DNA of 64,000 bases from NCBI GenBank assembly GCA_041660525.1, contig JBAZWD010000009.1, positions 2,829-66,828 on the forward strand. The letters are read 5' to 3'. The position numbers were made by a program, and so were the translations under genes. Below the pieces are notes generated by a model. The model made no database searches, had not been told where the DNA came from, and saw only the letters and a list, made by a program, of their open reading frames with translations. Source of the DNA: Legionellales bacterium (GTDB lineage Bacteria; Pseudomonadota; Gammaproteobacteria; JABCZS01). Shown in pieces: positions 19,078-27,765 of the stretch; position 1 is the first letter of the stretch, and each line of letters opens with the position of its first letter.

Positions 19078-19917
19078 ATGACTGCCCAAAACCATCTTGA
19101 AATTACCACCTTAGTAGCCCATGCCTTAAAAGAAGATATCGGCCGCGGCGATTTGAGCGCACAATTAATTGCGCCCCAAGCACAGGCGCGGGCGCAGATT
19201 TTGTCTCGGGAAGCAGCTGTATTGTGTGGGGTTGATTTTGCCAAGGAAGTATTCAATAAAGTTGATCCGAGTATTAAGCAAGATTGGCAGCTTAAAGATG
19301 GCGATAAACTTTTGCCTGATCAAATTTTTTGTACGCTTGCAGGGCCTGCACATAGTATTTTGACTGCTGAGCGCACTGCGCTTAATTTTTTGCAAACATT
19401 GTCAGCAACTGCTACACGTACGGCTTATTTTGTGGATTTAATTAAAGATACAAAAGCTACCATTTTAGATACCCGTAAAACAATACCCGGCCTTCGCGAT
19501 GCACAAAAATATGCGGTGCGCATGGGTGGTGGCACTAATCATCGACATGGTTTATTTGATGCGATTTTAATAAAAGAAAATCATATTAAAGCTTGTGGAT
19601 CAATTACGAATGCTATTCAAACTGCGAAAGAGAAATTTTCAGATATAAAAATAATGATAGAAGTGGAAAATCTGCATGAGCTCCAAGAAGCTATTCGTGC
19701 TCATGCGTTACATATTATGTTAGATAATTTTTCATTAGAAAATATTATTAAAGCAGTGAATATGAAACCTGCGAATGTTAAGCTGGAGGCTTCTGGCGGT
19801 ATTAATGAAGGCAATATTCTGGCCATTGCACAAGCTGGGGTTGATTATATTTCCCTAGGTACGTTAACTAAAGATATTAACGCTGTTGATCTCTCGTTAT
19901 TATTTAATCAAACCTAA
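19078..19917 (+). CDS. nadC: Nicotinate-nucleotide pyrophosphorylase (quinolinate phosphoribosyltransferase)
   Basis: 279 aa. N-terminus AHALKEDIGRGDLSAQLI and overall NadC-like sequence. Confidence 0.95.
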   Translation: MTAQNHLEITTLVAHALKEDIGRGDLSAQLIAPQAQARAQILSREAAVLCGVDFAKEVFNKVDPSIKQDWQLKDGDKLLPDQIFCTLAGPAHSILTAERTALNFLQTLSATATRTAYFVDLIKDTKATILDTRKTIPGLRDAQKYAVRMGGGTNHRHGLFDAILIKENHIKACGSITNAIQTAKEKFSDIKIMIEVENLHELQEAIRAHALHIMLDNFSLENIIKAVNMKPANVKLEASGGINEGNILAIAQAGVDYISLGTLTKDINAVDLSLLFNQT

Positions 19918-21867
19918 CATGGACACTGATTTATTTTTTACAGCATACTCATAGATTGCTATATAAATCACATCAATCCTATCGCCTTTATTCATTTGAG
20001 CAATAAAATCCTGTGCATTTTTCAATTCATCTGTACTATGAAGCTTATTGTCTGGTAACATTAAAAATTTATTTAATCGTTTACCTTCATCAGATATCGT
20101 CTTAGAGGACGAAACATTTTGACCTAAAAGTAAATCATGCTCTGAAGCCTTTTCTAAATCCCCATAGATAAATTTTAACGCTGCTAATATACCAAGGCCC
20201 CGATCTTCAATATAAAACACTTTCGTGTGGCGTTGGATAGCGCGGTAAATCTCAATTACTTTTCTTAAAAAAACGATTTTATCGTCTTCTTCCTTCAAAT
20301 TATCAAGTGGACGAATTTCAGCTTTAATAAGTTTATCAACCACATTTGTGAATAATTCAATATCCCATCCCGGGGTGGCCAATAATGCTTTTTTTGCAGT
20401 TTCAAAATGGTTTTTAGCTAAATGATTTTGGTATTGCTTATAAAAATTATTAACATATGGCGCAAAAGCACCGCCTGTTGAGATTGAATAACACAAAGCA
20501 TTCGGCACTGGTCCAACCGAGTCATTAAGAATCTTATGCAAGAAAAAACCACCTGTATAGGCGAATGTACTTAATAAAAACATTGAGGATAAATTGTAAG
20601 GGTTGAAATTATCTGTGCCAAATGAAACGCACGCTTGCATTAATGCTCTCACTTCAGGCTTAACTTGCTGCGCGCTTAATATAGGTTCTTTTTTTTCAGG
20701 TTGTTTCTCTTTTGGTTTTTTGACAGAATTGTCTTTGATAGATTGTGGAACAGCTTTCAACTCTATGACTTCTTTTTCAAAAAAGAAAGTGTAATCTTGA
20801 TCTTTATCTTCACTCGCATTTTTTAAGCTGCCATCATATCGCGCTACAATTATTTCTAAAACTTCTTTTAATGTTTTATTTTCAAGCTGGACTGCATGGT
20901 TCTCCATAAATGATAAAATTTTAAGTAAAAATTTTATTTGAGCACCTTTGCCATTTAGAAAATCTTTTTGCTTGTTAGGTGTACTTTCATAAACATTGAT
21001 ATAATTTAGAAAAGATTCGATTTTCCATTGGTCATCAACTTGCAGTGATCTTCTTGCCTCTTTTAAAGGTTTTAACTCTTCTTCTCGATTCTTTTTAACT
21101 TCTTGCTCTTTAAGCTTTCTTTCTTCGGCACGCTTATGACGCTCTGCTTCGTCGTTTATTTTTTGTTCACGCTTTTCTCTTTGCTCTTTTTGCTCTTTTT
21201 CTTTGCGTGCTTTTTCATTCTGCTCTTTATCTTTGCGCTCTTGCTCTTCTTTTTCTTTACGTTCTTTTTCTCTGCGCTCTTGTTCTTTACGTTCTTTCGC
21301 TTCTTTTTCTTTTTGTTCTTTTTCTTTACGCTCTTGTTCTTTACGCTTTTGCTCTTCTTTTTCTTTGCGTTCGTTTTCTTTACGCTCTTGTTCTTTGCGC
21401 TTTTGCTCTTCTTTTTCTTTGCGTTCGTTTTCTTTACGCTCTTGTTCTTTGCGCTCTTGCTCTTCTTTTTCTTTGCGTTCGTTTTCTTGACGCTCTTGTT
21501 CTTTGCGTTCTTGCTCTTCTTTTTCTGTTTTTTCTTTATCCAGTTTAGCGGTCAGCTCGTTATTCCTTCGCATTATTTCTTTATGCAAGAGTGAATTTAA
21601 ATTTTTATATACTGGATTTTGGTCTCTTTCTAAATTTGCATAGCTACCCATGACGTTTCGCATTTCTTCCAAAGCAGGTAGAGGGATCTGTTGATGATCT
21701 TTTCCGTCATAAGCTACCCAAAATGCATTTAAATACCAAGCTTGTACATAAAGCTGATCTATAGAATTAAGTTTCTTTAATTTCATTCGATAAGCGTTTA
21801 TCCCATCGTTTGTTGTACCCATGACGAGGTCTTTTAAGTAATTTTCCCAAGCTTTAAACGAAACCAT
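19900..21867 (-). CDS. Orphan 655-aa protein with a central E/K/R-rich tandem-repeat helix
   Basis: Long ORF. Residues about 108-270 are almost entirely E, K, R, Q with an 18-aa period (KEKEEQERKEQERKENER). Globular-looking N- and C-terminal regions. Confidence 0.8.
   Translation of the reverse strand: MVSFKAWENYLKDLVMGTTNDGINAYRMKLKKLNSIDQLYVQAWYLNAFWVAYDGKDHQQIPLPALEEMRNVMGSYANLERDQNPVYKNLNSLLHKEIMRRNNELTAKLDKEKTEKEEQERKEQERQENERKEKEEQERKEQERKENERKEKEEQKRKEQERKENERKEKEEQKRKEQERKEKEQKEKEAKERKEQERREKERKEKEEQERKDKEQNEKARKEKEQKEQREKREQKINDEAERHKRAEERKLKEQEVKKNREEELKPLKEARRSLQVDDQWKIESFLNYINVYESTPNKQKDFLNGKGAQIKFLLKILSFMENHAVQLENKTLKEVLEIIVARYDGSLKNASEDKDQDYTFFFEKEVIELKAVPQSIKDNSVKKPKEKQPEKKEPILSAQQVKPEVRALMQACVSFGTDNFNPYNLSSMFLLSTFAYTGGFFLHKILNDSVGPVPNALCYSISTGGAFAPYVNNFYKQYQNHLAKNHFETAKKALLATPGWDIELFTNVVDKLIKAEIRPLDNLKEEDDKIVFLRKVIEIYRAIQRHTKVFYIEDRGLGILAALKFIYGDLEKASEHDLLLGQNVSSSKTISDEGKRLNKFLMLPDNKLHSTDELKNAQDFIAQMNKGDRIDVIYIAIYEYAVKNKSVSMLGLIK
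21205..21528 (-). repeat. Six tandem 54-bp (18-codon) repeats inside the 655-aa ORF
   Basis: Units start at 21205, 21259, 21313, 21367, 21421 and 21475. Units at 21367 and 21421 differ by 1 nt. The unit at 21475 has 3 mismatches to the 21421 unit, and the unit at 21313 has 4 mismatches to the 21367 unit. Confidence 0.9.
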
Positions 21868-21937
21868 TATCCGCCCCTGTTGTACAAATTTTGAGCATTA
21901 TATCACAAAGTTATGTTGCCAAACCATGTTTTGCAGC

Positions 21938-22681
21938 TTAATTTGACCAATAAGTTTGGGCTAAGGCTTGAGCTTGTTCGAGCTCTTCTGGGGTATTAAT
22001 TTCTAGTGTTTTATGGGGAGTTAGGCAGACGCGGATTTTAAAGCCATGTTCTAGGGCACGCAGTTGTTCTAGCTTTTCTGACAGCTCTAGAGGGGTTTGG
22101 GAAAGGCCTGTGAATTTAAGTAAAAAGTCACGGGTGAAGGCATACATGCCTTGATGATGATAAACCGGGATATCTTCGATGATTTCCCTTTGATAGGGAA
22201 TGGGCGCGCGTGAAAAATAAAGGGCATTATCGAATTGATCGATGATTACTTTTACAAAATCTGGGCTTTGATATTGCCCATCAAAATCTAAAGGATTAGC
22301 TAAAGTCGTCATGCCAGGGCGCTCACCATTTAGATAAGGCTGAATTAGCGCTGTAAGCATGGGTTCTATGACAAAGGGTTCATCACCTTGTAGGTTTACA
22401 ATAATATCCATGTCTTTATATTGTCTTGCGACAAAGGCAACACGATCACTGCCAGTTTCAATGCTGGCATCTGTCATCACGACGGTGCCGCCACAATTTT
22501 TAATGATGGTTGCAATTTCTTCTGAATCTGTGGCGACTACCACTTCTGTAAATGCAGGGCAGGTTTTTGCAGCTTCATAGGTACGTTGCACCATGGGTTT
22601 TCCGGCTAATAAGGCCAATGGTTTACGTGGCAGGCGTGTGGAACCTATGCGTGCTGGAATGACACATAATATTTTCAGCAT
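21938..22681 (-). CDS. kdsB: 3-deoxy-manno-octulosonate cytidylyltransferase
   Basis: 247 aa. N-terminus VIPARIGSTRLPRKPL and KdsB-like sequence throughout. Confidence 0.95.
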   Translation of the reverse strand: MLKILCVIPARIGSTRLPRKPLALLAGKPMVQRTYEAAKTCPAFTEVVVATDSEEIATIIKNCGGTVVMTDASIETGSDRVAFVARQYKDMDIIVNLQGDEPFVIEPMLTALIQPYLNGERPGMTTLANPLDFDGQYQSPDFVKVIIDQFDNALYFSRAPIPYQREIIEDIPVYHHQGMYAFTRDFLLKFTGLSQTPLELSEKLEQLRALEHGFKIRVCLTPHKTLEINTPEELEQAQALAQTYWSN

Positions 22682-22683
22682 GA

Positions 22684-22968
22684 TTATTTTTTCTTTTCAT
22701 CAACGCGTTTGCGATAAATAGCACACAATGAGCCAATTTTGACGATCAGTTCTGCTTTTTGCACTTCACAAATGGCTTTGATCATTTCATCGCGTGTTGC
22801 GTGATCAGGAGCATTTAAACGTATTTTAATTAATTCATGTACATTAAGCGCACCATCAATTTCTTTTTGAACAGCTTCAGTTAAACCTTTTGCGCCTAAT
22901 AAAACCACAGGGTTTAAGGCATGGACTTGTTGCTTTAAGCGCTTGATTTTTTCGGGTGATAATGACAT
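22684..22968 (-). CDS. yhbY: RNA-binding CRM-domain protein YhbY
   Basis: 94 aa. LKQQVHALNPVVLLGAKGLTEAV...HELIKI pattern. Confidence 0.88.
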   Translation of the reverse strand: MSLSPEKIKRLKQQVHALNPVVLLGAKGLTEAVQKEIDGALNVHELIKIRLNAPDHATRDEMIKAICEVQKAELIVKIGSLCAIYRKRVDEKKK

Positions 22969-23009
22969 AGTTTATTATAATTCTTATTTATCACCAAAGT
23001 CAAAACATT

Positions 23010-24170
23010 ATGAATAACGATCCAGTAGTTATCGTCAGTATCGCCAGAACCCCTATGGGTTCTTTTCAAGGTGAATTATCTCCTTATACTGGCCCTCAAT
23101 TAGGTGCAGCAGCTATAAAAGCGGCACTGGCACGCGCAAATTTAAATGCTGATCAAATTTCAGAAGTCATTATGGGATGTGTATTATCGGCAGGCCAAGG
23201 GCAAGCCCCTGCCAGACAGGCCGCTTTGGCTGCGGGATTATCCAATCATACGCCTTGTAGTACTTTAAATAAAATGTGTGGTTCTGGGATGAAATCCGTG
23301 ATGCTTGCGCATGATTTATTGTTAGCACATCCCAATGATGTCATTATTGCTGGCGGTTTAGAAAGTATGACACATGCTCCTTATTTATTACCTGATGCAC
23401 GTAAAGGCATGCGTATTGGACATGGAAAAGTTTTAGATCATATGTTGCTAGATGGTTTAGAAGATGCTTATGACAAAGGCCAAGCCATGGGTGTTTTTGC
23501 ACAAGCAACCGCCGATCGTTATGGTTTTACCCGTGAAGCGCAAGATGAATTTGCAATTCGTTCTGTAAAACGTGCGCAAAAAGCTATTCAAGAAGGTTTA
23601 TTTAAAGCCGAAATTACCCCGCTTGATAATATTGATACCGATGAGGGACCTTCTCGCGCTAAAATTGAAAAAATTCCATTACTGCGTCCTGCATTTAAAA
23701 CAGATGGCACAGTAACCGCTGCTAACTCCAGTTCTATTTCTGATGGCGCTGCAGCATTGGTTTTAATGCGTGAATCTTATGCAAAAAAACTTGGACTTCA
23801 CCCGTTGGCAAAAATTGTAGATCATGCGCAATACGCACACGAACCTGAATGGTTTACCACCGCGCCTGTTGGCGCTATTAAAAAATTATTATCACAAATC
23901 AATTGGACTATCGATGACGTCGATTTATTTGAAATTAATGAAGCCTTTGCTGTCGTAACCATGGCTGCAATCCATGATTTAAAGTTGGATATCGAAAAAG
24001 TAAATATTCACGGCGGCGCTTGTGTTTTAGGACACCCTATCGGTGCAAGCGGAGCGCGCATTCTTGTTACGCTTTTATCAGCATTACAACAGCATCATTT
24101 AAAACGTGGCATTGCTGCGTTATGCATTGGTGGTGGTGAAGGTACTGCAATGGCTATTGAGCTTGTGTAA
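23010..24170 (+). CDS. Acetyl-CoA C-acetyltransferase (thiolase II)
   Basis: NKMCGSGMKS active-site Cys region and C-terminal NIHGGACVLGHPIGASGARI...CIGGGEGTAM. Confidence 0.95.
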   Translation: MNNDPVVIVSIARTPMGSFQGELSPYTGPQLGAAAIKAALARANLNADQISEVIMGCVLSAGQGQAPARQAALAAGLSNHTPCSTLNKMCGSGMKSVMLAHDLLLAHPNDVIIAGGLESMTHAPYLLPDARKGMRIGHGKVLDHMLLDGLEDAYDKGQAMGVFAQATADRYGFTREAQDEFAIRSVKRAQKAIQEGLFKAEITPLDNIDTDEGPSRAKIEKIPLLRPAFKTDGTVTAANSSSISDGAAALVLMRESYAKKLGLHPLAKIVDHAQYAHEPEWFTTAPVGAIKKLLSQINWTIDDVDLFEINEAFAVVTMAAIHDLKLDIEKVNIHGGACVLGHPIGASGARILVTLLSALQQHHLKRGIAALCIGGGEGTAMAIELV

Positions 24171-25464
24171 GGCGATGAATGAGTATCGCAGCACGTTGTG
24201 TATTGATATTTAATGATTCTAAATCTAGCGTTTCATCTATCGTATGCGTACAACAACCTGTAGGACCTAAACCGCCTAAGTTTGCAGGAACTATGCTCGC
24301 AACATAATTGATATCCCCCGCACCACGAAATTTAGGATCAGTTGCAGTCACTTCGCCGTAACCTAAATCTACACTCACTTGATTATATAATGCTAACAGA
24401 TCATTATTATTTTCTGTCGGCGGCATAGGTGGCATACCATCAACAAAAGAAATCGTAGATGTTGTGCCCGGCAGCGGTAATAATGTTGCATCAATTAAAG
24501 TTTTTTTAATGATGGCTTTTTCTTCTAGCGTTAAAAATCGAATATCGCCTTTGGCCATGGCTATTTGTGCAACAACATTATCTTTGCCACTGCCAATAGC
24601 AGTGGATTGTGCTTTATTTATTTCAGCTTGTGTGCCACCTATTATAAGGCCAGGATTAAACGTAGCGTAGGGTTCATCACCCAAATGCATGCTGCCATAA
24701 TTTAAAACTCTAGCCAATTCAAAAATAGCACCAAAGCCTGTATCACCATGGAATATTTTAGATGAGTGAGCAGATACACCGGTAGATTTTATTTCCCAAG
24801 AACTGATACCGCGACGTGAAGTAGTTGCTTCTCGCATATGGGCTGCAGGTTCAAAGTCCAAAGCAACATCCATCCCTTGCGCAGCAGCAATTAAAGGTGC
24901 ACGTGAAATAGCTGCAGGTTTTCCGGAACTTTCTTCATCACCGACTAAAGCCACAGTGATTGTTGTGTCTTCAAGTAATCCTTGTGCATTTAATGCTTTT
25001 AACGCATAAAGAATAGAAACGATTCCTGCCTTATCATCAATAATCCCAGGCCCCTTAACGGTATTACCTTCTTTTTTAAACGTTTGAAACGTAGAATTTT
25101 TAGGAAAAACAGTATCTAAATGCGCAATTAATAATAAACGTTTTCCTCTCGAGCCTTTACGCGTCAACAATAATGTGCCCGCGCGATGCATATCTGCAGG
25201 TGGCGTATTCCATAGACTTTTAAAACCCAGCGCTTCGAATTCTTTTTGCACAAGCTTGCCCACTTCATACACGCCAGCGACATTATCCGTGCTGCTATTG
25301 ATGTTGACTATTTTTTCAAGAAAGAACAAAGCTTCAGATTGATGCTTATCGATATAAGCTATCATATCTTTTTCGGCAGCAAAACTTGCAGGAAAAAAAC
25401 TAAAGAGTAAAAACGCAAAAATACCAAGCATTACCCAAGGGGCAGGTTGAGTATGTTGCTTCAT
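24154..25464 (-). CDS. Secreted M20-family metallopeptidase (carboxypeptidase G2-like)
   Basis: Signal peptide. AHLDTV, GPGIIDDKAG and VGDEESSG metal-ligand motifs. Confidence 0.85.
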   Translation of the reverse strand: MKQHTQPAPWVMLGIFAFLLFSFFPASFAAEKDMIAYIDKHQSEALFFLEKIVNINSSTDNVAGVYEVGKLVQKEFEALGFKSLWNTPPADMHRAGTLLLTRKGSRGKRLLLIAHLDTVFPKNSTFQTFKKEGNTVKGPGIIDDKAGIVSILYALKALNAQGLLEDTTITVALVGDEESSGKPAAISRAPLIAAAQGMDVALDFEPAAHMREATTSRRGISSWEIKSTGVSAHSSKIFHGDTGFGAIFELARVLNYGSMHLGDEPYATFNPGLIIGGTQAEINKAQSTAIGSGKDNVVAQIAMAKGDIRFLTLEEKAIIKKTLIDATLLPLPGTTSTISFVDGMPPMPPTENNNDLLALYNQVSVDLGYGEVTATDPKFRGAGDINYVASIVPANLGGLGPTGCCTHTIDETLDLESLNINTQRAAILIHRLTQAQ

Positions 25465-26345
25465 GTGGATGCTCCAGAAAAATATTTATCAATTAGATTC
25501 TTTAAAATTGCATCAGTTTGCTGATCAGGGATGCCGGAGTAGTCACTAGGACGAAAGTGCATTTGAAAAGCACTCACGACATTCCGTGTTTGTTGATCTA
25601 GTTTGCCGGTTATTTCTATATTATAGCCATAGCGCGCCAGATTTTCCTGTAACAAGCGTATATTGATTTCTTCCTCAGGATCATTTTTTAATAGTTCTGC
25701 AACGGAATCTTCATCATACCAAGCCCCTATTCCAGCCTGAGCAAGTTTTTCCCAAGGAAATAAAGGACCCGGATCAATACGAATATTACCGCCACGCGCT
25801 TTGATATTAGGGGTAATATCGCTGTGTCCAACAATATGGGTTGGGTCTATGTCATATTTTTCAACTAAATAGTGTAGTAATTTTATTAAAACATCAATTT
25901 GATACTCTGAATAGGGATAAAATATACGCACATTATTTTCAACTCTAAAGCCTGGATTGACAAGTTCAATACCTAAAGATGAAGTATTTAAATTAATTTG
26001 CCCATCTCTCTCATGACCTTGCCAATAGCTTAGACCCGCTTGCGCTGCTTTTAAATCATCAGGTACTAATTGATAAATCAACTTTTTCCCTTGAATAGGC
26101 TCTTCTGGAATTAAATAATGTGCACTCACATGACCTTGCGTTAACGTGTTTAAAGATGCCTTAAGTGAACCATGCGTAAAATGCAAAACAATATATTGAA
26201 TCCTTTGCCCAACAGCTTTAGCTGTATAGCTTTCGTCCAGGTATATGCCTTCGTTTTCTAATTCAGTATTTTTATGAAAAAGCGCAAAGCCCAATAAAAA
26301 TAAACAAATCAAGAAAGCAAGTAATAAATAGATACGTTTTTTCAT
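25461..26345 (-). CDS. N-acetylmuramoyl-L-alanine amidase (amidase_2, AmiD/AmpD-like) with C-terminal peptidoglycan-binding domain
   Basis: Signal/anchor segment, IVLHFTHG and GHSDI motifs. C-terminal LQENLARYGYNIEITGKLDQQTRNVVSAFQMHF is PG_binding_1-like. Confidence 0.82.
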   Translation of the reverse strand: MKKRIYLLLAFLICLFLLGFALFHKNTELENEGIYLDESYTAKAVGQRIQYIVLHFTHGSLKASLNTLTQGHVSAHYLIPEEPIQGKKLIYQLVPDDLKAAQAGLSYWQGHERDGQINLNTSSLGIELVNPGFRVENNVRIFYPYSEYQIDVLIKLLHYLVEKYDIDPTHIVGHSDITPNIKARGGNIRIDPGPLFPWEKLAQAGIGAWYDEDSVAELLKNDPEEEINIRLLQENLARYGYNIEITGKLDQQTRNVVSAFQMHFRPSDYSGIPDQQTDAILKNLIDKYFSGAST

Positions 26346-26386
26346 TGTATAGCTCGTTTATGGATTATTTTTATAATACTATAAAA

Positions 26387-26791
26387 TTATGTATTATCAA
26401 TAGGATCCATAGAAATCGCATAATGCCCTGGATATTTCTTAATCGCGCCAGTGGCTATATCGACAAAAAACGTCGGCCAAAATAAGATATCCAATAATGC
26501 AAGCGAATCAAAACTATCATTGATAGAACCTGTATAATTTTCATAACCATTTTTATCACATTTAATTTGCAAAGGCGCATTCCCCTTTGGAATCATCACT
26601 GCATCTGGATTAGACTTAATATGATAAATCGTGCCACTGGAATCTGTTACATTGCAGCTCACATGATTTAAATCTTGTTTAGTTTCTTCATCAACTGCGG
26701 TGAAAGTGACTGATTGATTTGATCCGTGAAAAACGGTAGCACAACTTGATAATAACAAAGAAGACATCACTAACGATAGTGGTTTAAACAT
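26387..26791 (-). CDS. Small lipoprotein, paralog A
   Basis: Lipobox LLSSC. Roughly 60% identical by eye to the ORF at 30561-30968. Shared motifs IPKGNAPLQ and ILFWPTFFVD.ATGA..KYPG. Confidence 0.75.
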   Translation of the reverse strand: MFKPLSLVMSSLLLSSCATVFHGSNQSVTFTAVDEETKQDLNHVSCNVTDSSGTIYHIKSNPDAVMIPKGNAPLQIKCDKNGYENYTGSINDSFDSLALLDILFWPTFFVDIATGAIKKYPGHYAISMDPIDNT

Positions 26792-26929
26792 ATTTTTTCC
26801 TTTTTTTAGATTAATCCTGCGAAGTGATGATTCTACTAAATCATTTGATATAAATGCAATATAATATTTTTTTCATTGAAAATATGATGTATTTTCAAAA
26901 TTTAATCATTAAAGATTGATTTTATATTA

Positions 26930-27700
26930 TTATGCAGGATTTTCAGAATCAATATAAACACCAGAAATTTTAAATTTTTCTTCAATGATTTTCATTAAAG
27001 CCTGTATTCCAAATTGTTCAGTAGCATGATGACCGCCCGCTAACATGACCATATCTGATTCGCGCGCTTCGTGCCAATCATGCTCACTCATTTCGCCAGT
27101 AATATAAGCATCTAAACCACTGGCTAATGCAGACGCCCATTGTGAATTTGCACCGCCAGTAATAATACCTATGGAATTGATGACTTTTTCTGGGTTAGGT
27201 GTTGAAAGTAATATGGGATGGTTTAAAATTTTTTCTAAGGCCTGTGAAAGTCCTTGTGCAGTCGTAGTAAATTCACCTTTAACGCCCATATAAGAGCCTT
27301 TCATTTTACCTTCGCAAAAATGCTGGATATTTATCATTCCTAATAATTTTGCTAAACTGGCTGCATTTCCCATTTCAAGATTGCCATCTAAAGGAAGATG
27401 ATAAGCAAAAAGATTAATGTTATTTTCAATAAGCGGTTTCACACGTTTAGCAAATGGCCCAGTAATAGTTTTGGTTCCATGAAATTTCCAAAACAAACCA
27501 TGGTGCACAATCAAAGCATCCACGCCCTCTTTTATTGCTTTTTCGACAGAATCTGCAGTAGCAGAAACTGCAAATGCAATTTTATTAATCGTATCTTTAC
27601 CCTCTATTTGCAAGCCATTGGGGCAATAGTCTTCAAAGGCTTCGGGTTTTAAGAGCGTGTTGAGGTAAGTTGTAAGTTCTGAGCGAGATACTGTTGCCAT
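26930..27700 (-). CDS. Nif3-family metal-binding protein (YbgI / GTP cyclohydrolase 1 type 2 homolog)
   Basis: 256 aa. VHHGLFWK and AGGHHATE motifs. Confidence 0.9.
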   Translation of the reverse strand: MATVSRSELTTYLNTLLKPEAFEDYCPNGLQIEGKDTINKIAFAVSATADSVEKAIKEGVDALIVHHGLFWKFHGTKTITGPFAKRVKPLIENNINLFAYHLPLDGNLEMGNAASLAKLLGMINIQHFCEGKMKGSYMGVKGEFTTTAQGLSQALEKILNHPILLSTPNPEKVINSIGIITGGANSQWASALASGLDAYITGEMSEHDWHEARESDMVMLAGGHHATEQFGIQALMKIIEEKFKISGVYIDSENPA

Positions 27701-27765
27701 TGCTATAGAGCTCCATTGAATATTGAGTAACCTTTAAATATTAGCCTAATTTTAATACATTTGAT

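Noticed and set aside
21205-21528. Regularly spaced 54-bp repeats considered as a possible CRISPR-like array
   Set aside because: The units are contiguous with no spacers, are in-frame within a long ORF, and encode a periodic charged peptide. No cas genes are present in the window.
21103-21594. Three long plus-strand ORFs (163, 95 and 113 aa) rich in F/L/S/C, antisense to the repeat gene
   Set aside because: They are the mirror image of the E/K/R-rich tandem repeats. Low-complexity T/C-rich sequence lacks stops by chance. The minus-strand 655-aa ORF explains the region.
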